This document shows positions 30,032-39,084 of a stretch of DNA of 42,780 nucleotides, piece by piece. Under the pieces are notes generated by a model, which was given only the letters and a program-made list of their open reading frames with translations, was not told the DNA's origin and did not search any database. The position numbers and the translations under genes were made by a program. Location of the stretch: positions 1-42,780 of IMG/VR virus record IMGVR_UViG_3300030376_000768. One strand, written 5' to 3'. Source of the stretch: a virus. Its lineage: Duplodnaviria; Caudoviricetes. Each line of letters starts with the position of its first letter. The first letter of the stretch is position 1.

Positions 30032-30196
30032 TTATGACCGACCTTTCGGTTTCTTTTTGACCTTATCAAATTGTTTATCATTAGGTTTGGAATTAAAGAT
30101 TCTGTCCCATCCCTCTTTATACTTATCACTTGGTACTGCAGTTTTTAATTTTGCCCCAGTAATCTCGTAATCGTTTGTATCATTAGTCCCTGGCAT
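30032..30196 (-). CDS. 54-aa hypothetical protein
   Basis: Manual translation; KYKEGWDRIF motif; AAGGA RBS. Confidence 0.6.
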   Translation of the reverse strand: MPGTNDTNDYEITGAKLKTAVPSDKYKEGWDRIFNSKPNDKQFDKVKKKPKGRS

Positions 30197-30198
30197 AA

Positions 30199-30570
30199 TT
30201 AATCCTTTATAAAATTAAATTGTTGTACACCAACAAAGCCACATGATTGTGGTTCAGTTATATCAAAAGTAAATAACTCTGTGTCAGTAGGATGACTTGT
30301 TGGTAAATTACTATACTCTTTTAACAAACAACTAGCGGCTATATATTCCTTACAATTCTGACTATAGTATTGTATAGCTTTATCACAGTCATTAAAGTAT
30401 CCAACAAATTCTAAATCATTATATTTACCATTAAGACTAACAGTTAGAATATACTTACCTTCTGTCAAAGGTTCTGCTTTTGTAAAAGACATTCCTAACA
30501 ATAAATATAAACCAATAAGAGCAATGACTATAATTACATGACTTATATATGTTGTAATTAAGTTTTTCAT
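30199..30570 (-). CDS. Membrane-anchored or exported Cys-containing protein
   Basis: N-terminal hydrophobic helix then four Cys; start moved to ATG 30570. Confidence 0.65.
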   Translation of the reverse strand: MKNLITTYISHVIIVIALIGLYLLLGMSFTKAEPLTEGKYILTVSLNGKYNDLEFVGYFNDCDKAIQYYSQNCKEYIAASCLLKEYSNLPTSHPTDTELFTFDITEPQSCGFVGVQQFNFIKD

Positions 30571-30713
30571 TTCTTCTTCTCCTTTTTGCAATATCCTCGC
30601 ATGTTGTAACTACCCATGCTGGTATCAATAGAACACCACCACTGACCTTTATCCCAGATTCTAGCAGGTTCTTTGCATTTATTGCAAACTCGTTTTATTT
30701 TAAGTTTTACCAT
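30567..30713 (-). CDS. 48-aa putative zinc-binding protein
   Basis: Manual translation MVKLKIKRVCNKCKEPA...WWC...YCKK; ATGA coupling to next gene. Confidence 0.55.
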   Translation of the reverse strand: MVKLKIKRVCNKCKEPARIWDKGQWWCSIDTSMGSYNMRGYCKKEKKK

Positions 30714-30915
30714 TTTGGTACATATCTTTTAACAGTTCGATATAATGTATACATTTATCTAAATCTTGCATACCATTTTTTTCTTTGTATCTTAACAGAT
30801 ACTTAATAACATTACCTTCAATGAAAGGTATATTATTTTGTGTAATAAATTCAATAGGTTGTATCTTATACTTCATGTAATGCTTACCACCTACTTGTTT
30901 CTTAGTTGCTCTCAT
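30700..30915 (-). CDS. DUF3310 (T7 gp1.7-related nucleotide kinase-like) protein
   Basis: QVGGKHY..IQPIEFI...FIEGNVIKY..RY..KNG.QDL.K..HY. Confidence 0.8.
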   Translation of the reverse strand: MRATKKQVGGKHYMKYKIQPIEFITQNNIPFIEGNVIKYLLRYKEKNGMQDLDKCIHYIELLKDMYQNGKT

Positions 30916-30921
30916 AATAAT

Positions 30922-30950
30922 ATTATAGCACATATTCTATAAAAAGTCAA
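30922..30950 (-). promoter_or_regulatory. Sigma70-type promoter P4, predicted leaderless start at ATG 30915
   Basis: Minus strand TTGACT-17 bp-TATAAT-ATTATT-ATG. Confidence 0.8.
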
Positions 30951-30951
30951 G

Positions 30952-31719
30952 CTATTTCCTATACTTTCTTTTTAAGTAATGTAATGGTATAGCACATTCA
31001 TCAAATGAACCATCCTCTACATTATGTAACATGTACAATCCTCTCCAATGTTGATTAGTTTGATGAGACAAATAACCCTCATCATGCATGTAACAACTAC
31101 CACTGATAATAGCAGTCATTTGTTTGCCATCTGCTCTCATTCCATATGCTATGTCATGTCCTTGCTGATGTCCAGCTACACAAGACATATGCTTCTTGGT
31201 AAGTAAAGCACGAGCTGATGTTACTGGTCTACCCATAACACCACTAGCAAAGTAATGGCTGTAAGCAACACCATCAATACTAGTTACTTCTAAGAATGGA
31301 ATAACATCCCATCCTGCTTCTTTGTATTTTAAGTCTTCTATAGATATTAGACCTTCTAATTTTCTATCATATTCAATAGCTCTGGTAATTCTATCTTCAT
31401 GATTACCAATTGTAAGAACCATTTTAGGTTTGTATAACTTCTTCTTAGCTTTAGCTAATCTTTTGTTTAGTTCTTTCATAGGAGTTAACAAAGCTTCCAT
31501 ACCTTTTAATGATGCATTGATATCTGCTTTGTATGTTCTACCTTCAAAAGATTTTTTACCTACATCGTAGGAAGATAAGCTAGGCATATCTGCAAAGTCA
31601 CCAATCATTACAATCACATCAGGTTGTTTGTCAACAATATACTTACCTATCCATGTTAAATAAGATAAAGAAATCCCAGGCTTAACCTGGGTATCTCCAA
31701 TTACTAAATGTTTTTTCAT
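30952..31719 (-). CDS. Calcineurin-like metallophosphoesterase
   Basis: GDTQ, GDFAD, GNHE, SH, GHQQ motifs. Confidence 0.85.
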   Translation of the reverse strand: MKKHLVIGDTQVKPGISLSYLTWIGKYIVDKQPDVIVMIGDFADMPSLSSYDVGKKSFEGRTYKADINASLKGMEALLTPMKELNKRLAKAKKKLYKPKMVLTIGNHEDRITRAIEYDRKLEGLISIEDLKYKEAGWDVIPFLEVTSIDGVAYSHYFASGVMGRPVTSARALLTKKHMSCVAGHQQGHDIAYGMRADGKQMTAIISGSCYMHDEGYLSHQTNQHWRGLYMLHNVEDGSFDECAIPLHYLKRKYRK

Positions 31720-31907
31720 TAGTGTGTTGTCTCCATAGGAAGTTCAACTTCTTGTTCAGCGAACTCTTCCTCTGCTGTTTTAATTATACCCTCACGCATG
31801 AGAGCTTTGATAGCAAACGATAGCAAGAACTCTGTCTCTCGTTTGTCAACTTTAAAATCAAAGTCAACACTGCCATCTTTATTTTCTGATAAGTTTTTTA
31901 TAATCAT
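31719..31907 (-). CDS. Hypothetical protein
   Basis: 62-aa ORF coupled to neighbours. Confidence 0.65.
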   Translation of the reverse strand: MIIKNLSENKDGSVDFDFKVDKRETEFLLSFAIKALMREGIIKTAEEEFAEQEVELPMETTH

Positions 31908-32259
31908 TTATCCAATCCTTTCTAAAGTCTAGCCACATGAACCCTTCTTTCTCAGCCCATTGCCAGTATGTTGTTTTACTACGTTTGGTTATCTTATTAT
32001 CTGGATTCATAAACAAGAATATTATGGTGACTTCAGGATTACATTGTTTAAACCAAACCATTTTTTGCCTAGTAGCTAAATCTAGTTTACCTTTTGCTTC
32101 TATGTATACATCCTTTGCCATTTTAAAATCAGGATTATACTTCCGTGTTTTTACTGGCTGGATATATTCTATTACATCAGGTTCATACTTAACACTTGGG
32201 AAGTTTTGTTTAAGTACCTTCCAAGCACTAGCTTCTAGCTTACTTTTGAATGTAGGCAT
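31879..32259 (-). CDS. T7 endonuclease I-like Holliday junction resolvase
   Basis: FKSKLE, YEP, YNPDF, IEAKG PD-(D/E)xK motifs; start moved to ATG 32259. Confidence 0.85.
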   Translation of the reverse strand: MPTFKSKLEASAWKVLKQNFPSVKYEPDVIEYIQPVKTRKYNPDFKMAKDVYIEAKGKLDLATRQKMVWFKQCNPEVTIIFLFMNPDNKITKRSKTTYWQWAEKEGFMWLDFRKDWINDYKKLIRK

Positions 32260-32938
32260 TAAATCTTTCCTTCCATATGTCCTCCTCATGTTGCATAATC
32301 CATAGTACTGATGCATTCATAATGAACTCGTCATCATTACTATAAGCATCACGGACAACATCAAACATCTGTTGCCCAGTGACACAATCTGCAAGCATGG
32401 TCTTAGCTCGTTTGTTACCTATCTTTTCGATACCTTTGATGTTATCAGCAGTATCACCTTTAAGACATTGTTCAAAGAATAATCTAAGACCTCCTAACTC
32501 TGTCTGTTCAGTAAACTTATCGGGCTTTGTCCATCCTCTACCACTAATCTCCCATGAAAAGTGTTTACCTGGAACCATTAGTAAATCTTTATCTAATGAT
32601 ACAATCATAGTATCATCAGTCTGATTAATGCCTAGGGCATCATCAGCCTCTAATGTATCAGGTGCCAGCTCTGCATTCTGTTTGTCTAGAGCATATTCTC
32701 GTAGAGCTTCTAGATGCACGGGCTTAGGTGCAGTACGATTAGCTTTGTACTCAGGATAGATAGTCTTACGAAAGTTAGACTTACCTGATAAGAATGCACG
32801 ATAGCTATCTGCTCCAGTCTTAGTAAGCAATTCATCCAGCAATGCTTCTGCTCTATAAATTGCTATGTTAAGGTCATCATTCTCTGCAGATGCTGCACAT
32901 CTAAATACAACTAAATCATGGTCAATTAATGCTTGCAT
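32240..32938 (-). CDS. 5'-3' exonuclease (T7 gp6 / FEN family)
   Basis: NFRK..YPEYKANR, EADD, DKDL, GDTADNIKG. Confidence 0.9.
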   Translation of the reverse strand: MQALIDHDLVVFRCAASAENDDLNIAIYRAEALLDELLTKTGADSYRAFLSGKSNFRKTIYPEYKANRTAPKPVHLEALREYALDKQNAELAPDTLEADDALGINQTDDTMIVSLDKDLLMVPGKHFSWEISGRGWTKPDKFTEQTELGGLRLFFEQCLKGDTADNIKGIEKIGNKRAKTMLADCVTGQQMFDVVRDAYSNDDEFIMNASVLWIMQHEEDIWKERFNAYIQK

Positions 32939-32947
32939 ACCTATCTC

Positions 32948-33166
32948 CTATATAATTGGAGGTATATCAGGAAGATGACTACCATCCTCTGTTACTGGAG
33001 GTAAGTCATCAACTGTTGGATTAGCATAAGGTAGTATCTCATTAAGTACTGTTTCTTCACCTAAGTAAATACCATCATACACCTGGCTATCATAGTATAC
33101 TAATACTCCTAGGAATACAAATAGTATCCCTACGACTAGAGCATTAGCTAGAAATCTAGTATCCAT
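32948..33166 (-). CDS. Single-TM membrane protein
   Basis: ALVVGILFVFLGVLVYY then acidic Pro-rich tail. Confidence 0.6.
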   Translation of the reverse strand: MDTRFLANALVVGILFVFLGVLVYYDSQVYDGIYLGEETVLNEILPYANPTVDDLPPVTEDGSHLPDIPPII

Positions 33167-33723
33167 TAGAACGGTATGTCTGATTCAAGGTCATTGATAC
33201 TAGATGCTTCTGCTTGTTGACCTAAGACATACCCCTCATATAGTTTAGCAAGATTGATTACATCATTAGCTGATGCTTTGCTCCCTTCTATTGCTAGCGT
33301 TGATACTGCATTAGCTAACGATGACTGACGGACTATCATTACTTGCCTAGCTGCTCGTTCATCTTTGGTCTCGTAGTTACTGCCTGACACACGAGTAGGT
33401 GCTGATGAGGTTGAGCTTGCGGCTTGAGTAGTACCTTGTGCTGTACCGTCGTCACGTTTGTCTGTAACATCGTTAGCATCGTTGCCTACTGCTGTCCATT
33501 GCCAATAACCATTTGCATCCTTCTCTGTAGAAACGTGAACAACATCACCTTTCTGCCAGGTCTGTGCAGCTTTAAAGACTGCTGGGTTTGCAAAGGACAT
33601 TAGCTTTTTGTTTTGTGCTTGACCAGCATCATTCTTATACATGATTTCTATTGACTGGTATTGTCTACCATTCTTTGCTGAATGTGTGTTCAAGCTTGAT
33701 ACATCTACAACATTTACTTGCAT
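33166..33723 (-). CDS. Single-stranded DNA-binding protein (probable)
   Basis: OB-like N-terminus, acidic DLESDIPF tail, strong RBS. Confidence 0.7.
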   Translation of the reverse strand: MQVNVVDVSSLNTHSAKNGRQYQSIEIMYKNDAGQAQNKKLMSFANPAVFKAAQTWQKGDVVHVSTEKDANGYWQWTAVGNDANDVTDKRDDGTAQGTTQAASSTSSAPTRVSGSNYETKDERAARQVMIVRQSSLANAVSTLAIEGSKASANDVINLAKLYEGYVLGQQAEASSINDLESDIPF

Positions 33724-33740
33724 ATATAATCTCCTTAAGA

Positions 33741-34454
33741 TTAAGTTACGTCTTCTAGGTTACCCCAATTAGTACCTAGTTGTATATCAACCCTCATAGG
33801 AAGGTTGAATTCTTTACCAAATAACTTAGCATAGTTACTTGGGATATCTTCAAAACACTGTTTAACTGTTTCGACTATACTATTAGTATAACATAGTTTA
33901 TCATCAAAGTCAAGCATGATAGAATCATGCACAGTGTTTATTATCTTGATGCCTTCTGTACCTTTAAGTTTATTACGTAAAGATACTCTAGCTATAGCCA
34001 TAAGGTCAGCACCGAGTCCTTGCACAGGATAGTTAAGGATTCGTGTGCGTGGATACTTTACCTTACCCATACTATTTATTTCAGTAGGGTATTGATATGT
34101 CCTGCCAGTTGGCATAGTTAACATAAGGTCTCGTTTGGCATCTGCAAATATTTTGTCGTGCCATTCCTTGAGACCTGTATACTTTTTGTAAAACTGGTCA
34201 ATAACTTTTTGCCAGTAATCTTCATTACCTATATCTTTAAAGTTATTGTCCATAGCATAACTGTATGCACTACCACCGTAGATTAGACGGAAGACAAAAG
34301 TCTTTGCAATTAGTCTTGATGGTAGTGCAAACCTCTTTTGATTGTCCGAGTGCTGGTCAATCTCATTCTTAATTTCTTGTATTGCTGTAGCATCTTGAGA
34401 TAAGTATGTAGCACATACCCATTCTAGAGCTTTAGCATCAGCGTTTAGTATCAT
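33741..34454 (-). CDS. Family A DNA polymerase, C-terminal catalytic part
   Basis: Motif A DAKALE, motif B RLIAKTFVFRLIYGG (Phe at the E. coli 762-equivalent), NYPVQG, motif C VHDS. Confidence 0.92.
   Translation of the reverse strand: MILNADAKALEWVCATYLSQDATAIQEIKNEIDQHSDNQKRFALPSRLIAKTFVFRLIYGGSAYSYAMDNNFKDIGNEDYWQKVIDQFYKKYTGLKEWHDKIFADAKRDLMLTMPTGRTYQYPTEINSMGKVKYPRTRILNYPVQGLGADLMAIARVSLRNKLKGTEGIKIINTVHDSIMLDFDDKLCYTNSIVETVKQCFEDIPSNYAKLFGKEFNLPMRVDIQLGTNWGNLEDVT
33885..33913 (-). promoter_or_regulatory. Sigma70-type promoter inside the polymerase gene, upstream of the SSB gene
   Basis: Minus strand TTGACT-17 bp-TATACT with extended TG, same form as the other promoters. Confidence 0.7.
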
Positions 34455-34455
34455 G

Positions 34456-34692
34456 TTAGCCTCCGCAAGTTGCTTCTACTAACCTGCTGTTATAGTTTGT
34501 TATGATAGCTCTCTTAAGTTCAGACTTAGCTTCATCATCTAATAATGATAACGCTGCGTTAGGACCAAGAGATAGTATCATCTCACCAAATTCTACACCA
34601 ACAAAATGGTGATGAGCTTCTTCTTGTGCTTGTTGTTCTTCAGCTGAAGTTAGCTCGTCTTCTTGTGCTGCTAATATATCATCTCTACTCAT
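34456..34692 (-). CDS. 78-aa acidic protein between the two polymerase parts
   Basis: ATGA overlap with upstream stop, GGAG RBS. Confidence 0.65.
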   Translation of the reverse strand: MSRDDILAAQEDELTSAEEQQAQEEAHHHFVGVEFGEMILSLGPNAALSLLDDEAKSELKRAIITNYNSRLVEATCGG

Positions 34693-35855
34693 GTTGTTTC
34701 TCCGTATCTAGTTGTAAAGAGAGTCTTAATCTCTCCATCAAAGTTTTGTAAGTTAGGCTTACTACTACTTAGCCTACCTGTTTTTGCTACACATTGATTG
34801 AGTTGACCATGTATAATATCTTTATGCCAGTTCATCTCATCAATTAGTTTAACTAACCCATGATAGTATGTAGTCTTTCTTTTCTCTAGTGTAGCACGAG
34901 TTAGTAATGTTTGCAATATATCTTTGGCTTCTGCATTACCTTTGAGCTTACGCAATGTATCCTCATTGGTACTGTAGAATCCTTCTTTCTTAAGTTCAGT
35001 TCCTTCCAAAGGTTTTACTCTTTGGGGGAATTCTTTGTCTCTTTCATCCCATTTATACTTAACTTCGCCTGAGCGTGAGCCAGTTTTAAAATGTCCGATG
35101 GGGCGTTGAAAACGCTCTTTAATAGTCCCACCGTAAAGAAAAGCAGAAAGATGCTCCCCAGAATTGGGATTAAAACTATCGTAAGCATGATAGTTAAAAA
35201 GCTTTTTGTTAAGTTTGTCGATTTGTTCATCAAGTTCATCTCCTAATACTTGTGATTTATCATAGTCAAATTTAAGACCATTGAATTCTATCTCTTGTAG
35301 ACCAAGTAAATCTTGGTTGTGCAAAGAGATTAGCCGCCTCAGTTGAGGCTGGTCGGCTAACTCTTGCATTTGTAATGACATTACTTGTTCTGTTAGTTCT
35401 AAGTCTTTCTCTAGATATTCAGATAGTATGTCTTTTGGTACTTTGTTTGTATCAATTCCATTCTTCCAGTAGTTCTCTTTGACTTCATCTAGCTTAGTGC
35501 CCAGGTCATAGTACTCAGATACACCATTCAATGATGGGTAGCTCTGTGTTTGACTACGCATTATGAACTCTGTTAACTGACAGTCCCAGATTCTTTTGTT
35601 AGCAAAGGTAATACCATACCTAGCTAACCAATGTAAATCAAATTTAATATTGAACCCTACAAGCACATCGCACTTATCCACGGCTAATTGGATTTGTTTT
35701 AGTGATTCCTTGTAGGGGTCAACGGAGTATTCTATATCGTATATAGTTTTCTCGTCAGCCGTTAGTAATCCAACCATACAAAGTTTATTTGTTTGGTCAA
35801 ATGGATTACCTTTGTTACTAATAGTTGTTTCTACATCTAGTACTAAGTAACTCAT
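34689..35855 (-). CDS. Family A DNA polymerase, N-terminal part (3'-5' exonuclease and thumb)
   Basis: LDVET, GFNIKFD, YLEKD exonuclease motifs; FNPNS; TGRLSSSKPNLQN. Confidence 0.92.
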   Translation of the reverse strand: MSYLVLDVETTISNKGNPFDQTNKLCMVGLLTADEKTIYDIEYSVDPYKESLKQIQLAVDKCDVLVGFNIKFDLHWLARYGITFANKRIWDCQLTEFIMRSQTQSYPSLNGVSEYYDLGTKLDEVKENYWKNGIDTNKVPKDILSEYLEKDLELTEQVMSLQMQELADQPQLRRLISLHNQDLLGLQEIEFNGLKFDYDKSQVLGDELDEQIDKLNKKLFNYHAYDSFNPNSGEHLSAFLYGGTIKERFQRPIGHFKTGSRSGEVKYKWDERDKEFPQRVKPLEGTELKKEGFYSTNEDTLRKLKGNAEAKDILQTLLTRATLEKRKTTYYHGLVKLIDEMNWHKDIIHGQLNQCVAKTGRLSSSKPNLQNFDGEIKTLFTTRYGETT

Positions 35856-37087
35856 ATTTCCATATACCTCGCTATCTCTGGTTTAATTAAGACTTGTGTA
35901 TTACCATGTCTTAAGTCAGGCAATGTATCTTCATCACCTAACAGTTTGTTTTTACTTATGTTAAGGAACCGTTGGTTGCTGGTATTGTCTTGCTCTTTAC
36001 CAATACCAAGTATCCAGTCAGCTTCTCCTTGCTTTGCAGTCTTGCTGCTGTCTACATCATCCATTGTTAACCACAGCTTACCTTCACCAGTACCACCAGC
36101 CTGCGACACTGCAATGACTGGTGCGTACTGTTTAGCTATTTCTCTAGCCCATTGATACAATGCTTTAAGTTGTAAGTCATTACGTTCATTCCTAAAGCCT
36201 TTAACTTTATCTATCTGGTCAAAGATAATAAGTGATGGGTTAGTTGATTGTATCACTTGTTCAATTCTTTTAGTATTACTTGAATCTTCGTAATCATATA
36301 TCTTAATCCTATCACCTACTCTTTGTCTGTATTCATCAGCATTAATTTCTTTCTCTTCAAATAACTCTTTGTTTGTTACACCAAACAGAGCTTGGAAACA
36401 TCTGACTGCTACCTTCTTACCCTGTTCTTCGTTGTTGAACCAGAGTATGTCCCCATCTGTTTGTGATACCATATGAGTCATCTCTGATGCTAAGAAGGTA
36501 GTCTTACCTGTTTCTGGTCTAGCAAAGATGAAACCAAAGTCACCTTTACGTAGTGAACCTAGTGACTTGTTGAGCCAATCTAAACGCCATCGTAGTCCAG
36601 GCGTTTGGATTTGCGATTCATACAAGTCAATTAAGTTCATGTTAACTGATTCTATTTTATCTTTTATTTCTTCAGAGCTATCTAGTTCCTGCATTTTTTT
36701 AGTTAGTTCTTCTACATTAGTTGAACCATCTTCTACATCTAATGCTATCTTAGCTAACTCACCTGCAATACATCGTTTCTTGTGGTCATTAAGATACTTG
36801 ATTGCATTAGTTTCAGTACACTCTAGCCCATAGATTCTAGTAAGAGTTTCTGTTAGCTCTTGTCTTTCACTATTCTCTAATAGGTAGCTACTGTTGTACA
36901 CTAACTCAAAGTCTACTTGGCTAACTGCTATATCTTTACTAGAGTCGTAGTGCTGGTGTAACACTACGAATAGTTTGTAAAGATTAGTAAAGTTATCTTT
37001 GATATACTCTAGATTAATATACTTATAATACTTTTCATACAGCTCTCTATCTTTTAAGAATAGATTAAGTATTACTTCTTCAATCAT
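35852..37087 (-). CDS. DnaB-like (SF4) replicative helicase
   Basis: ARPETGKT Walker A, IIFDQ, VSQ, EADW, KNK motifs. Confidence 0.9.
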   Translation of the reverse strand: MIEEVILNLFLKDRELYEKYYKYINLEYIKDNFTNLYKLFVVLHQHYDSSKDIAVSQVDFELVYNSSYLLENSERQELTETLTRIYGLECTETNAIKYLNDHKKRCIAGELAKIALDVEDGSTNVEELTKKMQELDSSEEIKDKIESVNMNLIDLYESQIQTPGLRWRLDWLNKSLGSLRKGDFGFIFARPETGKTTFLASEMTHMVSQTDGDILWFNNEEQGKKVAVRCFQALFGVTNKELFEEKEINADEYRQRVGDRIKIYDYEDSSNTKRIEQVIQSTNPSLIIFDQIDKVKGFRNERNDLQLKALYQWAREIAKQYAPVIAVSQAGGTGEGKLWLTMDDVDSSKTAKQGEADWILGIGKEQDNTSNQRFLNISKNKLLGDEDTLPDLRHGNTQVLIKPEIARYMEI

Positions 37088-37769
37088 TTACTATCTCCGT
37101 TATAGTTTGTTTGTCATATTCTTTAGGGTCAAGCTCAGTAATAATAGCTTTGCTTGTTACACCTAAAGACCTTAGCCTGTTTCTAATACGTACTGCTTGT
37201 TTAGCCTTGTCTCTATCTAGCCATACATAAATCTTTTTATAGTCTTTAACTAATTGTGATTCGGCTTGCTTGCTCAACGAGCTGCCAAGCAAAGGCGAAG
37301 CACAATACTTATGAGTCCTAGCTATTTTAATAGCAGACAAAACATCTTCTACTACTATTATTGTATCACCTTCACCATATATTGTCAAGGGTTTTATACC
37401 ATTACTTTTGTATTTCATATTACCAAAGCCAAAGTTTCTACCTTGCCAATAAGATTTATTTTGTAATAATACTAATAGTTTCATATCAGGTTCCCATTCT
37501 ATATTATACTTTTCAATTTCATCTGGTCGTATGTCATACTTTAACAACCATTGCATGGCTACTTGTGGTATTTGTTTTATTGTACTAATAGTTAAGTTGC
37601 TATCTGCTTTAGTTTTCTCTGTTCCATACACTCTATCACGCAGGGTTTGTGTATCTTTCTTGCGTTCTAGTGTACCACAACCAAAGCACCAGTAACCGTT
37701 TCTATACTCAGCACGATTGTCCCTTGACCCACAATGTGGGCAAGGTCCAAGCTTAATAAAGTTACTCAT
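37080..37769 (-). CDS. DNA primase (zinc finger plus TOPRIM)
   Basis: CPHCGS...CFGC, VVED, WLDRD, DPKE. Confidence 0.88.
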   Translation of the reverse strand: MSNFIKLGPCPHCGSRDNRAEYRNGYWCFGCGTLERKKDTQTLRDRVYGTEKTKADSNLTISTIKQIPQVAMQWLLKYDIRPDEIEKYNIEWEPDMKLLVLLQNKSYWQGRNFGFGNMKYKSNGIKPLTIYGEGDTIIVVEDVLSAIKIARTHKYCASPLLGSSLSKQAESQLVKDYKKIYVWLDRDKAKQAVRIRNRLRSLGVTSKAIITELDPKEYDKQTITEIVND

Positions 37770-37938
37770 CGTACTCGTCGTCTACATGTCTTAAGTCTTC
37801 TCGTTCATCAATGTCATTGACATCACTTTGTATAGTACTAAAACATTTGTTGCACAAATCTACAAACTCACCTGACTCATGATGTTTACGAGTAGACTCA
37901 AAGTCAGATAAGTTTTTATCACAAGCACGACACCTCAT
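37762..37938 (-). CDS. 58-aa CxxC...CxxC zinc-finger protein
   Basis: Manual translation MRCRACDKNLSDFESTRK...DLCNKCF; AGGAG RBS. Confidence 0.7.
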   Translation of the reverse strand: MRCRACDKNLSDFESTRKHHESGEFVDLCNKCFSTIQSDVNDIDEREDLRHVDDEYDE

Positions 37939-38060
37939 GAACTGTTCTCCTTTTCTTTTTTAAGTAACCATATGTTATCATTGATTGAATCATAATCAGG
38001 TTCGAAATCATCCTTCTCATCTTCATCACCATAACACTCGTTAGTTCCCTCCATTTGCAT
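37935..38060 (-). CDS. 41-aa acidic peptide
   Basis: GGAGGT RBS; ATGA coupling to next gene. Confidence 0.5.
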   Translation of the reverse strand: MQMEGTNECYGDEDEKDDFEPDYDSINDNIWLLKKEKENSS

Positions 38061-38169
38061 TACCTCCATCTTCTAACCATTCATCAATTGACTCTGAAAT
38101 ATCTTCGGGTGCATGATTAATCTTAATCAAATCACCCGACGCTGTTTCTACCATTATATACCAATCCAT
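38041..38169 (-). CDS. 42-aa acidic peptide
   Basis: TAAGGAG RBS just downstream of promoter P5. Confidence 0.55.
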   Translation of the reverse strand: MDWYIMVETASGDLIKINHAPEDISESIDEWLEDGGNANGGN

Positions 38170-38190
38170 TTTCTTTCTCCTTACATAAAT

Positions 38191-38219
38191 ATTATATCAT
38201 ACTTTTGACTAAAAGTCAA
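38191..38219 (-). promoter_or_regulatory. Sigma70-type promoter P5 for the replication genes
   Basis: Minus strand TTGACT-17 bp-TATAAT with extended TG. Confidence 0.8.
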
Positions 38220-39084
38220 ATGAATGATTGTAACTATAAGTCTCAGCATCATGCCATGAATTTACTACTGACACAGGAATGTCAGAATAAACAACTGGGT
38301 CTCGATAAGAACCATCAACTAATGTAACTGTCTTATCTTTTTCATTAACTGATTCTAGTTCTAGCCATTCACCTTTCTTAATTACTACTGATGCATCACC
38401 TATACCGTAGTCATAGTCTTCGTTACAGACAACCCAGTCACCAATTGCAAAAGAGCAGGAGCTCTTGGCTGCCAGGGGCAGCGAAGTGCGATGCGTATTT
38501 TGCCTACCATAATTCATATATGGATACTTAGCAGTTTTAATTGGTTCAGGTTTCTTGTAACTGTTGTTACTGTACCATACACCATCATTCCAATGACCTT
38601 TCTCTTCATTCATGATACGATAATTACCATGTCTGTCAAGAAAGACTAGCTTACTATAGCCGATAACATTTTCAATAAGCTCAACAATTGGGTCTTCAAA
38701 TAGTCCCATGTTACCATGCTTACTTACTATCTTTTTGAGGATAGTGTTGTTGAATTGGATGGTATCGGATTGTTTATCATCACCGTAACCAGAGATGATG
38801 CCATTATGAATAAACCCAAGACCACTATTAACAAGGAACGGGTGGCAATTGTTTTTATCAATCGGACCGTGCGTTTTAATGCGAAAGTGTAAAAGTACCT
38901 GTTTGTTCTCATGTGGTTTATACTCCTTATAAAATTGTTTGAAAGTAAAGTAACCTTTCTTTACATGTAGTTCTTTATCTTCTGCAAACATAAAGCCTGC
39001 ACCATCTGGATTAGAATCATAACATCTTTGTAATGTAGTCTTACTAATCTTTTTGTTTTCTGATTTCATTATTGCTATGCACAT
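38209..39084 (-). CDS. Class II (Ntn) glutamine amidotransferase
   Basis: N-terminal Cys2, NPDGAG, HFRIKTHG, NCHPF, HNGII, SDT. Confidence 0.88.
   Translation of the reverse strand: MCIAIMKSENKKISKTTLQRCYDSNPDGAGFMFAEDKELHVKKGYFTFKQFYKEYKPHENKQVLLHFRIKTHGPIDKNNCHPFLVNSGLGFIHNGIISGYGDDKQSDTIQFNNTILKKIVSKHGNMGLFEDPIVELIENVIGYSKLVFLDRHGNYRIMNEEKGHWNDGVWYSNNSYKKPEPIKTAKYPYMNYGRQNTHRTSLPLAAKSSCSFAIGDWVVCNEDYDYGIGDASVVIKKGEWLELESVNEKDKTVTLVDGSYRDPVVYSDIPVSVVNSWHDAETYSYNHSFDF

Noticed and set aside
34456-34692. Group I intron or intein in the polymerase
   Set aside because: No recognisable intron core or intein termini; the insert is a coupled ORF and the downstream part has its own RBS
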